Notes: generated from the sequence alone by a model not told the origin. A stretch of DNA of 64,000 bases from an uncultured Actinomycetota bacterium (GCA_963797165.1 CAWCOM010000010.1:266578-330577), one strand, 5' to 3'. Counted from the first letter of the stretch, positions 41,269 to 54,481 are shown. A program made the numbers and translations.

Positions 41269-42958
41269 TCACGCGCCCTGAGCCTGTCGAAGGGCCGGCT
41301 CCCCGCCTTCCCGCATCGGTACGCGCACACCTTTGCTCTCGGCAACTTCCACGGCGGAGTCGTACCCCGCGTCGACGTGCCGGATGACGCCCATGCCGGG
41401 ATCGTTGGTGAGCACCCGGGCGAGCTTCTGCGCGGCCAGCTCGGTGCCATCGGCGACCGAGACCTGACCGGCGTGAATGGAACGGCCGATGCCGACGCCA
41501 CCGCCATGATGGATGGAGACCCAGCTCGCGCCGGAAGCGGTGTTGATCAAGGCGTTCAGCAGCGGCCAGTCCGCGATCGCGTCGGAGCCGTCGGCCATCG
41601 ACTCGGTCTCGCGATAGGGCGACGCGACCGAGCCGCAGTCCAGATGATCGCGACCGATCACGATCGGAGCCGAGACAACGCCGCGAGCGACCAGGTCGTT
41701 GAACGCCAGCCCCGCCTTGTCCCGCTCGCCGTAGCCGAGCCAGCAGATGCGCGCGGGCAACCCCTGGAACGCGATCCGCTCCTGAGCCCCGCGCATCCAC
41801 TTCTGCAGTCGGTCGTTGTCGGGGAACAAATCCATCACGGCGCGATCGGTGGCCGCGATGTCCTTGGGGTCGCCGGACAGCGCGGCCCAGCGGAACGGTC
41901 CCCGACCCTCGCAGAACAGCGGTCGGATGTAGGCCGGCACGAAGCCCGGGAACTCGAACGCGCGTTCGTACCCGCCCTGACGCGCCTCGTCGCGGATCGA
42001 GTTGCCGTAGTCGAAGACTTCGGCGCCGCCGTCTTGGAACTCCACCATCGCCTGGACGTGCTCGGCCATCGACGCGCGCGCACGATCGGTGAACTCCTCC
42101 GGCTCGGCCTCCGCGTAGTCCGCCCAGTCCTCGACGCTCGATCCCTCCGGGCAGATAGGACAGCGGGTCGTGGGCGCTCGTCTGATCCGTCACGATGTCG
42201 ATCGCGACACCGCGGCGAAGCAGCTCGGGGAACACCTCGGCGCAGTTGCCGACCAGCCCGACGGACCAGGCCTTCCGGTCAGCCTTCGCCTGCAGCGCTT
42301 TCGCGACGCAGGAGTCGAGGTCGTCGGCGATCTCGTCGAGGTAGCGATGGTCGACCCGGCGCTGGAGCCGGGCCCTGTCAACGTCGACGATCAGGCACAC
42401 GCCCTCGTTGAGGGTGACGGCGAGCGGCTGGGCGCCGCCCATACCGCCGCATCCGCCGGTCAAGGTCAGCGTGCCGGCCAGGGTGCCGCCGAACCGCTTG
42501 TCGGCAACGGCGGCGAAGGTCTCGTACGTCCCCTGGACGATGCCCTGGGTGCCGATGTAGATCCATGATCCGGCGGTCATCTGGCCGTACATGGTGAGGC
42601 CCAGCTTCTCCAACCGACGGAACTCGGGCCAGTTCGCCCAGTCCGGGACGAGGTTGGAGTTGGCGATCAGCACGCGCGGCGCCCACTCGTGGGTCCGCAT
42701 CACACCGACCGGACGGCCCGACTGGACCAGCATGGTCTCGTCCGCCTCCAGGTCGCGCAGGGTACGCACCATCGCATCGAAGCTACGCCAGTCGCGCGCG
42801 GCCCGGCCGGTGCCGCCGTAGACGACGAGGTCGTCGGGCCGCTCGGCATTCTCCGGATCGAGGTTGTTCATCAGCATCCGCAGCGGGGCCTCGGTGGCCC
42901 AGCTCTTGGCTGTCAGGGTCGTGCCGCGCGGTGCGCGGACGGGACGGGCGCCTTCCAT
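41269..42958 (-). CDS. hutU: Urocanate hydratase; +1 frameshift at about 42149-42151
   Basis: [41 protein letters not shown] in one frame; [33 protein letters not shown] in the next. Confidence 0.93.
41275..41295 (-). repeat. 21-bp REP-like element, family C, inside the hutU 3' end
   Basis: GCCCTGAGCCTGTCGAAGGGC; encodes ALRQAQG in hutU. Confidence 0.85.
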
Positions 42959-42988
42959 GATCGCTGCTCTCGCTCTCTCTTCGCCGAC

Positions 42989-43032
42989 TTGTCAGCGCGA
43001 GAAACGGCTATAGCCGTATCTGCCGCTGACAA
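42989..43032. repeat. Nested palindrome in the hutH-hutU spacer
   Basis: TTGTCAGCG...CGCTGACAA enclosing perfect ACGGCTATAGCCGT. Confidence 0.6.
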
Positions 43033-43058
43033 CTCTGGGGTGGTGGGTGGGGATGGGG

Positions 43059-44699
43059 TCAGTTGAGGGGGCCGGTGACGGTTTCGGCGGCGGCGACGGC
43101 AGCGCCGGAGGCGACGTAGCGAACGGCTGTCTCGATCTCCGGAGCGAGCCAGCGATCGGGTCCGGGGGCGGGTGCGCCGGCGGCCCGGAGGGCGGCGATC
43201 ACGGCGCCGGTGGCCGGCGCCGGAGCGAGCGGTGCGCGGAGCTCGATGCCGCGGGCTGCGGTCAGCAGCTCGATGGCCAGCACCCGGGTCAGTCCGTCGA
43301 CGGCTCGCCGCAGCTTGCGAGCGCTCGACCAGCCCATCGATACGTGGTCCTCCTGCATGGCCGAGCTCGGGATGGAGTCGACCGAGGCGGGAGCGGCGAG
43401 TCGCTTGAGGTCGGAGACGATGGCGGCCTGGGTGTACTGCGCGATCATGTGCCCCGAGTCCACCCCCGGGTCGTCGGCCAGGAACGGGTTCAGGCCGTTG
43501 CTGCGCGCCTGGTCGAGGAAGCGGTCGGTGCGTCGTTCGGCGATGCTGGCCAGGTCCGCCACCACGATGGCCAAGAAATCGAGCACGTACGCGATCGGCG
43601 CACCGTGGAAGTTGCCGTTGGACTCGACCCGGCCGTCGGGGGTGACGACGGGATTGTCGATCGCCGATCCCAGCTCGATGCCCGCCACCGCGCGGGCGTG
43701 CGTCATGGTGTCGCGGGCGCCGCCGGCGACCTGGGGCGAGCAACGCAGTGAGTACGCGTCCTGCACCCGCGTGCAGGCCCCAGGGTCGGTGAAACGCGTC
43801 CGGTGTGACTCGCGGATCTCGCTTCCCGCCATCAGTGCCCGCAGGTTCGCTGCGGAGGCGATCTGGCCAGGATGCGGCCGCAACCGCTGCAGATCGTCGG
43901 CGAACACGTCGTCGGTGCCGAGCTGTCCTTCGACGCTCACCGCCGCGGCGACGTCCGCGACCTTGATCAGGTTGTCGAGGTCCGCGAGCGCCAGGCAGAG
44001 CATGCCGAGCATGCCGTCGGTTCCGTTGATCAGCGCGAGACCTTCCTTCTCGGCCAGCACCACCGGCTCGATCTTTGCTGCCGCTAGCGCCTCGGCTGAC
44101 GGCCGGAGCTCGCCGTCGCGATCACGGACGACGCCCTCGCCCATCAGCGCCAGCGCGCAGTGGGCAAGCGGGGCGAGGTCACCGGAGCAGCCGAGGCTGC
44201 CGTACTCGTGGACGACCGGGCTGATTCCGGCGTTCAGCAGGGCGACGTACGTCCGAAGCGTCACCTCCCGGATCCCGGTGCGACCGGTGGCCAGGGTCGA
44301 GATCCGCAGCAGCATCAGCGCCCGGATGACCTCACGCTCGACCTCGGGCCCCGAACCCGCGGCGTGGGATCGGATCAGGCTCCGCTGCAGCTGGGCTCGC
44401 CGCTCGACCGGGATGTGGCGGGTGGCCAGGGCGCCGAAGCCGGTCGATACACCGTAGTGCGGGTGCGGGTCGTTCGCGAGCGACTCGATCACGGCGCGGG
44501 TCCGCCGGACCTCGGCCAGCGAGTCGGCGGCAATCTCGACCTGAGCGTCGTGTCGCGCGACGGCGACGACGTCCGCGATCGTCAGCGGCCCGATCCCGAC
44601 CGTGACGGTGCTTCGGGTCGAGGACGTCCTCGTCGCACCACTCATCGGGGCGGTGCCGGTCCGATGTGCGCCGGTCTCGGCCGGGATCGTTGTGGGCAT
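43059..44699 (-). CDS. hutH: Histidine ammonia-lyase
   Basis: YGVSTGFG, LIRSHAAG, GSLGCSGDLAPL (MIO), KEGLALINGT, QDAYSLRC, GNFHG, QEDHVSMG. Confidence 0.96.
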   Translation of the reverse strand: MPTTIPAETGAHRTGTAPMSGATRTSSTRSTVTVGIGPLTIADVVAVARHDAQVEIAADSLAEVRRTRAVIESLANDPHPHYGVSTGFGALATRHIPVERRAQLQRSLIRSHAAGSGPEVEREVIRALMLLRISTLATGRTGIREVTLRTYVALLNAGISPVVHEYGSLGCSGDLAPLAHCALALMGEGVVRDRDGELRPSAEALAAAKIEPVVLAEKEGLALINGTDGMLGMLCLALADLDNLIKVADVAAAVSVEGQLGTDDVFADDLQRLRPHPGQIASAANLRALMAGSEIRESHRTRFTDPGACTRVQDAYSLRCSPQVAGGARDTMTHARAVAGIELGSAIDNPVVTPDGRVESNGNFHGAPIAYVLDFLAIVVADLASIAERRTDRFLDQARSNGLNPFLADDPGVDSGHMIAQYTQAAIVSDLKRLAAPASVDSIPSSAMQEDHVSMGWSSARKLRRAVDGLTRVLAIELLTAARGIELRAPLAPAPATGAVIAALRAAGAPAPGPDRWLAPEIETAVRYVASGAAVAAAETVTGPLN

Positions 44700-44753
44700 A
44701 GTTCATTTCACGCGAACCCGCACTCGGGTCGGAAGGTCTCTGCTGGCACATCT

Positions 44754-44769
44754 GTCTCGCATCTGAGAC
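44754..44769. promoter_or_regulatory. Putative IclR (HutR) operator between divergent hutH and iclR
   Basis: GTCTC-GCATCT-GAGAC palindrome with central AT, 10 nt upstream of the iclR ATG. Confidence 0.5.
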
Positions 44770-44778
44770 TCTCGTGCC

Positions 44779-45534
44779 ATGTCCCTTGCCCCCGCTGCGG
44801 ACTCGGTCCTGAGGATCCTGGTTTTGCTCGCGCGGCAGGCCGAACCGGTTCCGGCGGCGCAGATCGGCGCGATGCTCGACCTGCCGCGCTCGACGACGTA
44901 CCGGCTGCTCGGTGTCCTGACCGAGCACGGTTTCGTCAGCTACCTGCCGGAGGAACGACGCTACGGGCTCGGTGTCGTCGCCTTCGAGCTGGGATCGAGC
45001 TACTCCCGGCAGATGCCGCTCCGCCGGATCGCGCAACCGGTGCTGACCCGACTGGTGCGAACAACTCGACAGAACGCCCACCTGGCGGTGCTGCATGGCG
45101 TCGATGTCTACTACGTCATCGAGGAACGCGCTCCGGGACGGCCGCCCTTGGTCACCGATGTCGGGGTCCGGCTGCCGGCGACCCTGACCGCCTCGGGCCT
45201 GGCCATCCTGTCGTCGCTCCCCCCGGCGCAGGTGAGGGCGATCTACTCCAGTGCTGCCGGCCTGCTGCAGCCGGACGGCCGTGGACCGGCGAGCCTCGGG
45301 GAACTGCGTCGCAGCCTCGCCGAGGTACGGAATCGCGGGTACGCGATCGAGGAAAGCCTGGTCACCGAAGGACTGGCATCGGTCGGCGTACCGGTGCTCG
45401 ATCACACCGGCCACCCGGTCGCCGGGATCTCGGTGACGTTCGAGGCTGATCACGTCGACGCGGCCGAGCACGCGCAGCTGATCGCGGCCGTCGGGCAAGC
45501 GGCGCACGCACTGAGTCGACGTCTGCGCGCGTGA
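44779..45534 (+). CDS. IclR-family regulator (likely hut regulator)
   Basis: LPRSTTYRLLGVL...RYGLG, VGVRLPATLTASG, RGYAIE; divergent from hutH. Confidence 0.9.
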   Translation: MSLAPAADSVLRILVLLARQAEPVPAAQIGAMLDLPRSTTYRLLGVLTEHGFVSYLPEERRYGLGVVAFELGSSYSRQMPLRRIAQPVLTRLVRTTRQNAHLAVLHGVDVYYVIEERAPGRPPLVTDVGVRLPATLTASGLAILSSLPPAQVRAIYSSAAGLLQPDGRGPASLGELRRSLAEVRNRGYAIEESLVTEGLASVGVPVLDHTGHPVAGISVTFEADHVDAAEHAQLIAAVGQAAHALSRRLRA

Positions 45535-45582
45535 TCGAGGCTCGTCCCGCATCGACGCCGGTTCGACGCCTAGGGTGAATGC

Positions 45583-46254
45583 ATGGTTTCGGTGATCGGT
45601 GACGTGCTTCCGCTCGCGGTCGGGATCGCGATCAGTCCGATCCCGATCATCGCGGCGATCTTGATGCTGCTCTCCCCGAAGGCCAAGGGCGCCAGCGTCG
45701 GATTCCTGATCGGCTGGATCGTCGGCATCGTGGTCGCCCTGGGCGTCTTCATCGCACTCGCGTCGGTCATTCCGCAGGCCGACGCCGACCAGTCACAGCC
45801 GATCGCCGGCGTGGTGAAGATCGTGCTGGGTGCGCTGATGCTGCTGCTCGCGCTCAAGCAGTGGCAAGGTCGGCCTGGACCCGGCGTGGAGCCGGCCCTG
45901 CCCAAGTGGATGGTGGCGATCGATCAGATCACGGCGGTCAAGGGCATCGGTCTCGGCTTTCTCCTTGCCGCGGTGAATCCCAAGAACCTCCTGCTCGGAG
46001 CCAGCGCAGGCGTCATCATCGGCTCCGCCGGCCTGGCCATCGGCTCGACCGTCGTGGTCGCGGCGATCTTCACCCTGATCGCGGCCGTCTCGGTCGCGGT
46101 TCCCGTGATCGGGTATCTGCTCGCCGCAAAGGCGATGGCCGGTCCGCTGGAGTCGCTGCGTGGCTGGCTCGTGCACAACAACGCTGTGGTGATGAGCATT
46201 CTGCTGCTGGTCATCGGGGTGACGGTCGTCGGCAAGGGAATCGCGAGCTTCTGA
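45583..46254 (+). CDS. GAP-family (Sap-like) membrane protein
   Basis: LPLAVGIAISPIPIIAAILML, NPKNL, LRGWLVHNNAVVMSILLLVIG. Confidence 0.85.
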   Translation: MVSVIGDVLPLAVGIAISPIPIIAAILMLLSPKAKGASVGFLIGWIVGIVVALGVFIALASVIPQADADQSQPIAGVVKIVLGALMLLLALKQWQGRPGPGVEPALPKWMVAIDQITAVKGIGLGFLLAAVNPKNLLLGASAGVIIGSAGLAIGSTVVVAAIFTLIAAVSVAVPVIGYLLAAKAMAGPLESLRGWLVHNNAVVMSILLLVIGVTVVGKGIASF

Positions 46255-46366
46255 GCGGGCCGCCATCTGGACGGCCCGAGGGTGCCGGTGCGTTCGGGGC
46301 CCGCTTTTGACAGACTGAGCCCTGCCGGTCCCACCGGCGACAGGTTCCCGCGAGAAAGAGTCAGCT

Positions 46367-47392
<1,026 letters not shown>

Positions 47393-47435
47393 GCTCGAGG
47401 GCCTGAACAGGACCGGAGCGCCTGAGCCACGATCT

Positions 47436-47456
47436 GCTCTGAGCCTGTCCGAGGGC
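47436..47456 (-). repeat. Degenerate family C REP-like element
   Basis: GCTCTGAGCCTGTCCGAGGGC, 18/21 identical to the exact copies. Confidence 0.6.
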
Positions 47457-47527
47457 ACCATAAACGCGGTGCGATGTCGGCCGCGGCACACAGCCCACTC
47501 GCCCCGTGCAGGCGTAGTCTCCCAGCC

Positions 47528-48559
47528 GTGACCGACATCGCTGCCGCTCGACCGACGCCGCTGAGTCGGGTCTGGTCGGGCAGCAGGATCGTCGCCGACG
47601 ACCTCGCCGGCGACGATCTGAGCGATGTCCTCCAGCTCCACTCCGACGCCTCTGCGTGGTGGGTGCTGCCGCGCACGGACTACGCCGCTCAGGCGCTGCA
47701 TGAGGTCGCCGGTCAGCTCGATCTGGACGAGTTCGCCATTCACGACCTGCTGGCCTCGGACCGCCGGGCGAAGTTCGACCAGCTGGAGCAGGCCCGGCTG
47801 CTGGTGACGAACGTGCTGGAGATCGATGTGGATCACGCCACCGTGATCGACCATCCGGTCTCGGTGCTGGTGACCGATCGCGCCGTCATCTGCAGTGCCG
47901 ACGAGTTCGACGGTTTCCGACCGGCGCGGGTGCTGGCCGGGCGACAGGACTGGCTCGCGGTCGGCGGGGTGGAAGCCGCCATCCAGGTGCTGGTGGCTGC
48001 CGTCGTCTCCAACTACGAACATGTCGTCGACTGGCTCGAGACCGCGAGCGACCAGCTGGCCGACGCGCTCTTCCAGGAGCGCCCGCTCAGCAAGGACGAG
48101 CAGCTCTGGGCCTTCCGGCTCCGGACGCTGCTGTCCAACCTGCGTCGGATGACCGATCCGATGCGCACCGTCGTCGCCGAGCTGGCCGATAGCCTGCCCA
48201 CGGCGAAGACGAACCGATCCGGATCCGGCAAGCGGCGCGCAGAGCTCGAGCGGCACTGGCGGCTGCTGCAGGAGCGCCACCAGCGCGTGGCCAATGCGGC
48301 CGACGCTCTCCGCGAGGCGCTCGCCTCCGTCTTCGACACCAGCCTCGCGCTGGCCGACGTCCGGCTCAACTCGATCATGAAGAAGCTGACCGGTTGGGCC
48401 GGCATCATCGCGGTACCGACCCTGGTGACCAGCTTCGTCGGGATGAACGTCGCGTTCCCGCTGGTCGGTACCTGGATCGGATTCTGGATCTACCTGCTGG
48501 TCATGGTCGTCAGCGCCGGCGCGCTCTACGCGCTGTTCAAGCGCCTCGACTGGATCTGA
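47528..48559 (+). CDS. CorA-family divalent cation transporter
   Basis: IHDL...RAKFD, MKKLTGWAGIIAVPTLVTSFVGMN (GMN motif), two C-terminal TMs. Confidence 0.9.
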   Translation: MTDIAAARPTPLSRVWSGSRIVADDLAGDDLSDVLQLHSDASAWWVLPRTDYAAQALHEVAGQLDLDEFAIHDLLASDRRAKFDQLEQARLLVTNVLEIDVDHATVIDHPVSVLVTDRAVICSADEFDGFRPARVLAGRQDWLAVGGVEAAIQVLVAAVVSNYEHVVDWLETASDQLADALFQERPLSKDEQLWAFRLRTLLSNLRRMTDPMRTVVAELADSLPTAKTNRSGSGKRRAELERHWRLLQERHQRVANAADALREALASVFDTSLALADVRLNSIMKKLTGWAGIIAVPTLVTSFVGMNVAFPLVGTWIGFWIYLLVMVVSAGALYALFKRLDWI

Positions 48560-48612
48560 GCCGGCCGCAGTCCGCAGCCCGTCTCAGGCACGCCTTGTGC
48601 CGATGCGGGAGC

Positions 48613-48676
48613 TCGCCCCGTGAAGGTGGATCTGCCCCTGCTGCAGCAGGGGCAGATCCACGCTGGTGGGGCGAAC
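48613..48676. repeat. Nested palindromic element, family B copy 2
   Basis: 36-bp loopless palindrome GTGGATCTGCCCCTGCTGCAGCAGGGGCAGATCCAC (48626-48661) within TCGCCCC...GGGGCGAAC. Confidence 0.8.
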
Positions 48677-48762
48677 GCGGGATCAGGAGGTGAGGGGCGG
48701 CCTCTCGCGCGTGCCTGACATGCTGGGCCGATGCGCACGTGCGGTCAGGTCGAGGCGAGCTC

Positions 48763-49977
48763 GTGAGCGGAACTCCTCAGCGCACCGAACCGGCGGTCCG
48801 CTCCGCGGTACTGGCGACGTACGCGGTCTTCATCACCACCGGTTTCGCCTTTGCGAGCTGGGCCTCTCGGATCCCACAGGTCCGTGATCGGCTCGTCCTG
48901 GACCCGTCCGAGCTAGGTCTGGTGCTGCTCGCGATCGCCGCCGGCTCGTTGATCGCGCTGCCCGCGTCCGGGGTGATCGTGGGCCACTTCGGGTCGCGCT
49001 GGACCGTCCGCACCATGGGGCTGATCGTGGCGGTGGCGCTGGCCGTGATCGCCGTCGGCTATCAGGTCGGCATCGTCGCCGTCGTGATCGGGCTGTTCGT
49101 CTTCGGCTTCGGTCAGGGTGCCTGGGACGTGGCGATGAACGTCCAGGGTGCGCTGGCCGAGCGGCGGCTCGGCAAGGCGATCATGCCGCGCTTCCACGCC
49201 GGCTTCAGCATCGGCACCGTTGCCGGTGCGCTGATCGGCGCCGGGATGGTCGCCCTGCACGTGCCGGTGACGGCACACCTACTCGGCGTGGCGGTCGTTG
49301 TGGGGGTGAGCGTGCCGTTCGCGGTCCGCGGCTTCCTTCCCGACCATCGCCACACCGACGACGATGCGCCCGAGCCGGACCGGAGCAGCTCGAGACGGAA
49401 CGCTCTGCGGGCTTGGCGGGAACCGCGGACGCTGGTGATCGGGTTGTTCGTGCTGGCGTTCGCGTTTGCCGAGGGCACCGGCAACGACTGGATCGGAATC
49501 GCGCTGATCGACGGATACGGCACGAGCCCCGCGGTCGGCACCCTCGGGTTCGCCACCTTCCTGGCCGCGATGACCGCCGGCCGGTGGTTCGGGCCGAGCC
49601 TGCTCGACCGGTACGGCCGGGTGCGGGTGATCCGGGTGCTGACGGTGATCTGCCTGGTCGGCGTCCTGCTGTTCGTCTTCGGGACGTACGTCGCTGTGGC
49701 CTTTGTCGGCGCCGTGCTGTGGGGCGTCGGGCTGGCGCTCGGCTTCCCGGTCGGGATGAGTGCCGGAGCGGACCAACCTGCGCTCGCCGCCCCGCGGGTG
49801 AGCGTGATCGCCTCGATCGGCTACTGCGCGTTCTTGGCCGGCCCACCCCTGGTCGGCTTCCTGGGGGACCACTACAGCGTGCAGAAGGCGATCCTCGCCG
49901 TCGCCGTGCTGCTGGCCCTGGCCATGCTGATCACCGGCGCCGTACGTCCGCCTGCCAGCGATACGGTGGATGAATGA
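48763..49977 (+). CDS. MFS transporter
   Basis: About 12 TM helices; FASWASRIP, DVAMN, IMPRFHAGFSIG, AEGTGNDW. Confidence 0.92.
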   Translation: MSGTPQRTEPAVRSAVLATYAVFITTGFAFASWASRIPQVRDRLVLDPSELGLVLLAIAAGSLIALPASGVIVGHFGSRWTVRTMGLIVAVALAVIAVGYQVGIVAVVIGLFVFGFGQGAWDVAMNVQGALAERRLGKAIMPRFHAGFSIGTVAGALIGAGMVALHVPVTAHLLGVAVVVGVSVPFAVRGFLPDHRHTDDDAPEPDRSSSRRNALRAWREPRTLVIGLFVLAFAFAEGTGNDWIGIALIDGYGTSPAVGTLGFATFLAAMTAGRWFGPSLLDRYGRVRVIRVLTVICLVGVLLFVFGTYVAVAFVGAVLWGVGLALGFPVGMSAGADQPALAAPRVSVIASIGYCAFLAGPPLVGFLGDHYSVQKAILAVAVLLALAMLITGAVRPPASDTVDE

Positions 49978-50409
49978 CCAACGAACGTGTCGACCTGCTG
50001 GCTGCTTCGATGCCACAGACTCGGCTACCCGCGGATCCGGCAGACGATGAGCTGGCCGGCGCCGACCCCGCGCGGCTGGTCGAGCTGGTCGCAGCGAACC
50101 CGACCTCGAGCCTCGGTTGGGCGCTGCTGGCCGAGCAGTCGCTGGCGGCCAGTGAGCTTGCAGACGACGTGACGGCCTACGCGTACGCCCGAACCGGCTA
50201 CCACCGCGGACTGGACGCCCTGCGCCGGAACGGCTGGAAGGGCACCGGCCCGATCCCCTGGTCGCACGAGCCCAACCGCGGCTTCCTGCGCGCGCTCTGG
50301 GCGCTCAGTGTCGCCGCCGGACGGATCGGTGACGAGGTCGAGCAACAACGCTGCGCCGACTTCCTCCGCGACTCCACGCTCGAGGGCTACCGCGCCCTGG
50401 CCACCCAGG

Positions 50410-50414
<5 letters not shown>
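49974..50414 (+). CDS. DUF3151 family protein
   Basis: AYAYARTGYHRGLDALRRNGWKG, NRGFLRAL; usual neighbour of fbaA/purA. Confidence 0.92.
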
Positions 50415-51986
<1,572 letters not shown>

Positions 51987-52017
51987 TGGTCCGGCTCGCC
52001 GGCGGCGCAAGCGGGAC

Positions 52018-53050
52018 ATGAAGAGGAGAGCGACCTCGCAGGACGTGGCCGATCGGGCGGGCGTGTCGCGCAGCGCCGTCTCGCTGGTGCTCAACGGTCG
52101 CGGGCAGGGCAACATCTCGGCCGAGAAGCAGGCCGCGATCCTGACCGCGGCCGAGGAGCTCGACTACAGCCCGAACCCTGTCGCCCTGAGCCTGCGGACC
52201 CGGCGCAGCGCGACCATCGGAGTGGTGACGGACTCGATCGCGACCACGGCGTTCGCCGGCCAGCTCCTCCGGGGCGCGTCCGAGCGGGCTGCGGCACACG
52301 GCTACCTTCTGCTGGTCATCGACACTCAGTACGAGAGGGCGGCCGAGGAGCGAGCGTTCGACACGCTCCGTAGCCGGCAGGTCGATGGCTTCGTCTACGC
52401 CGCGATGAGCCTCAAGGCGTACGAACCGAGCCCCGGATTGACCGGATCGGTTGCGTCGCTGGCCAACTGCTTCGATCCGGCAGGACGGCTACCGAGCTTC
52501 ATTCCGGACGAGGTGGCGGGGAGCCGCTCGGCAACCCGCCACCTGATCGAGCGTGGTCATCGCGACATCGTGATGCTCACCGGCACCCCGGACAAGATCG
52601 CGTCCGGACTTCGGGAGCAGGGCTTCGCCCAGGGACTGGCCGATGCCGGGCTGCCGGTGTCGCCGCCGATCCTGGCCGGGTGGGAGATCGACAAGGGGTA
52701 CGCGGCGGCGATGCACGTACTCACGACCTCCGATCCGCTGCCGACGGGCCTGGTCGTCGCCAATGACCGCGCGGCGATCGGTGTGGCCCTCGCGGCCGCG
52801 TCGCTCGGGCTGTCCGTGCCGGCGCGACCTGTCGGTGGTGGGCTACGACGACGACGAGAACGTCGCGCCGTGGCTGGTCCCGGCGCTGACCACGGTCAGA
52901 CTGCCGCACCGAGAGATGGGCGAGCTGGCCGTACAGCATCTGCTGGACCAGATCGACGCTGCCGACGAGACAACGGCGCCAGCCGTCGACCCGGTACTGC
53001 TCGAGTGCCCCTTGGTCATCCGTGACTCGGTCGCCCCGCCGCCCGCCTGA
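52018..53050 (+). CDS. LacI-family regulator; +1 frameshift at about 52821-52822
   Basis: TSQDVADRAGVSRSAVSLVLN; the C-terminal VPRDLSVVGYDD...PALTTV is restored by removing one G. Confidence 0.88.
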
Positions 53051-53114
53051 TCCCGTGAGCAGATCCGATGGCCGATCGGACCGGTCCCAGCCGATGGGCC
53101 GGTCTCACCAACTT

Positions 53115-53176
53115 CGAAAGTGGGCGCAAACAACACTCTGAAACGTTGCAGAGTTGTTGTTTGCGACCAGTCTTCG
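53115..53176. repeat. Extragenic palindrome, family A copy 4
   Basis: CGAAAGTGGGCGCAAACAACACTCTG...CAGAGTTGTTGTTTGCGACCAGTCTTCG between convergent genes. Confidence 0.8.
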
Positions 53177-53206
53177 CGGAACCGGGAGGCGGGTGCGGAG
53201 GTCAGG

Positions 53207-54481
53207 TCAGGTGCCAGGCAGCCCGAGGCGCCAGACCGCGACCGGACCCTCCGACTCGATCACCCAGTGCCGTTCGGGTCCCGGGTACGCCCGGGTGGTG
53301 TACGACGGGCCGAGCCCGAAGAGCTCGACCAGGCTGCCGTCGACCAGCAGTCGCGACGCCCCTTCGGACTCGGCCACGGCCGTACGATGGCCTGTCGGGT
53401 CGACCAGCGTCAGCCGAAGGCCGTTCGCTGCGTTCGCCTCGAACGACTCGATCTTCAATGGCGCACCCGGTGGGTAGTCCAACTTCTCGCGCCGGAGTCC
53501 GACCAGCTCAGCGGCGGGCTCGAGCCGGACGTCGCCGCCGCGCAGCACCACCTCACGAGGAGAGGTGAGCGTGCCCGCCCAGCCGGCCGCCTGGATCTCG
53601 GCCGCGGTGCGCTCGGCGCCCTCCCAGGCCCATCCCCACAGCAGCACCCGGTCGCTCTCGACCAGGGCCTGTGGGGCATAGAACGTCGGCCCCGTGTCCA
53701 GCGTGCCACCGGACTGCGCGACGAACCGGAGCGCTCGGCCCTCGGCGACAAGATCACCGATCAGATATCTCACCCCGCTGAGCACGTCGTCTCGCCACAG
53801 CGAGAGCAGCAGCACCCAGGTTCCGTCAAGCTGGAACAGGTTGGGGCACTCCCAGATGTTGGCCGGCGCGACGGTAGCAGCGATCCGGTCATCACCGGTC
53901 AGCAGCGGGCCGAGCGGTGTCCAACGGTCGAGATCGTCACAGGCGTAGCACAACAGCTGCGGCGCACCGTGGACATGGCCGGCGCCTTGGACGGCGTAGC
54001 GATGGCCCTCGAACCCGAACACGAACGGGTCGCGGACATCGGTGATGTTCGGGTCGTCGGGCGTGCCGACCCGCCACTCGGTGTCAGCCTTCCACTCGCG
54101 CAGCCTCCGGTCGCTGCGCGCCAGGGTCAGGCCTGCGTCGTGGGTGCTGCTCTTGACGCCGGTGTAGACGGCGGTGGGAGCCCCGTTGTCGTCCACGACC
54201 ACACCTGAGAAACACCCGCCGCTGTCCGGCCCGCCGGGACGGGGCACGAGGGCCAACGGTTCCGCGGTCCAGTGCAGCAGGTCGGTGGAGCTGACGTGTC
54301 CCCAGTGGATGTCGTCGTGCATTGGGGCGGCGGGGTTGTGCTGGTAGAAGACGTGGTACGTCCCGTCGATCCGGCACAGGCCGTTCGGGTCGTTCAGCCA
54401 GCCGTGCTCGGGGTGAATGTGTAGTCGCGGTCGATCCGTGTCGAGGGCCTGGATTCGAGACTCGGCGTCCACCTCGGTCAT
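53207..54481 (-). CDS. GH32 beta-fructofuranosidase / sucrose-6-phosphate hydrolase
   Basis: WLNDPNG, HWGH, FSG, VRDP, WECP catalytic motifs; no signal peptide seen. Confidence 0.93.
   Translation of the reverse strand: MTEVDAESRIQALDTDRPRLHIHPEHGWLNDPNGLCRIDGTYHVFYQHNPAAPMHDDIHWGHVSSTDLLHWTAEPLALVPRPGGPDSGGCFSGVVVDDNGAPTAVYTGVKSSTHDAGLTLARSDRRLREWKADTEWRVGTPDDPNITDVRDPFVFGFEGHRYAVQGAGHVHGAPQLLCYACDDLDRWTPLGPLLTGDDRIAATVAPANIWECPNLFQLDGTWVLLLSLWRDDVLSGVRYLIGDLVAEGRALRFVAQSGGTLDTGPTFYAPQALVESDRVLLWGWAWEGAERTAAEIQAAGWAGTLTSPREVVLRGGDVRLEPAAELVGLRREKLDYPPGAPLKIESFEANAANGLRLTLVDPTGHRTAVAESEGASRLLVDGSLVELFGLGPSYTTRAYPGPERHWVIESEGPVAVWRLGLPGT

Noticed and set aside
43059-44699. Cys-Ser-Gly instead of Ala-Ser-Gly at the HutH MIO site
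   Set aside because: CSG is a known variant in actinobacterial histidine ammonia-lyases, so it is not novel.
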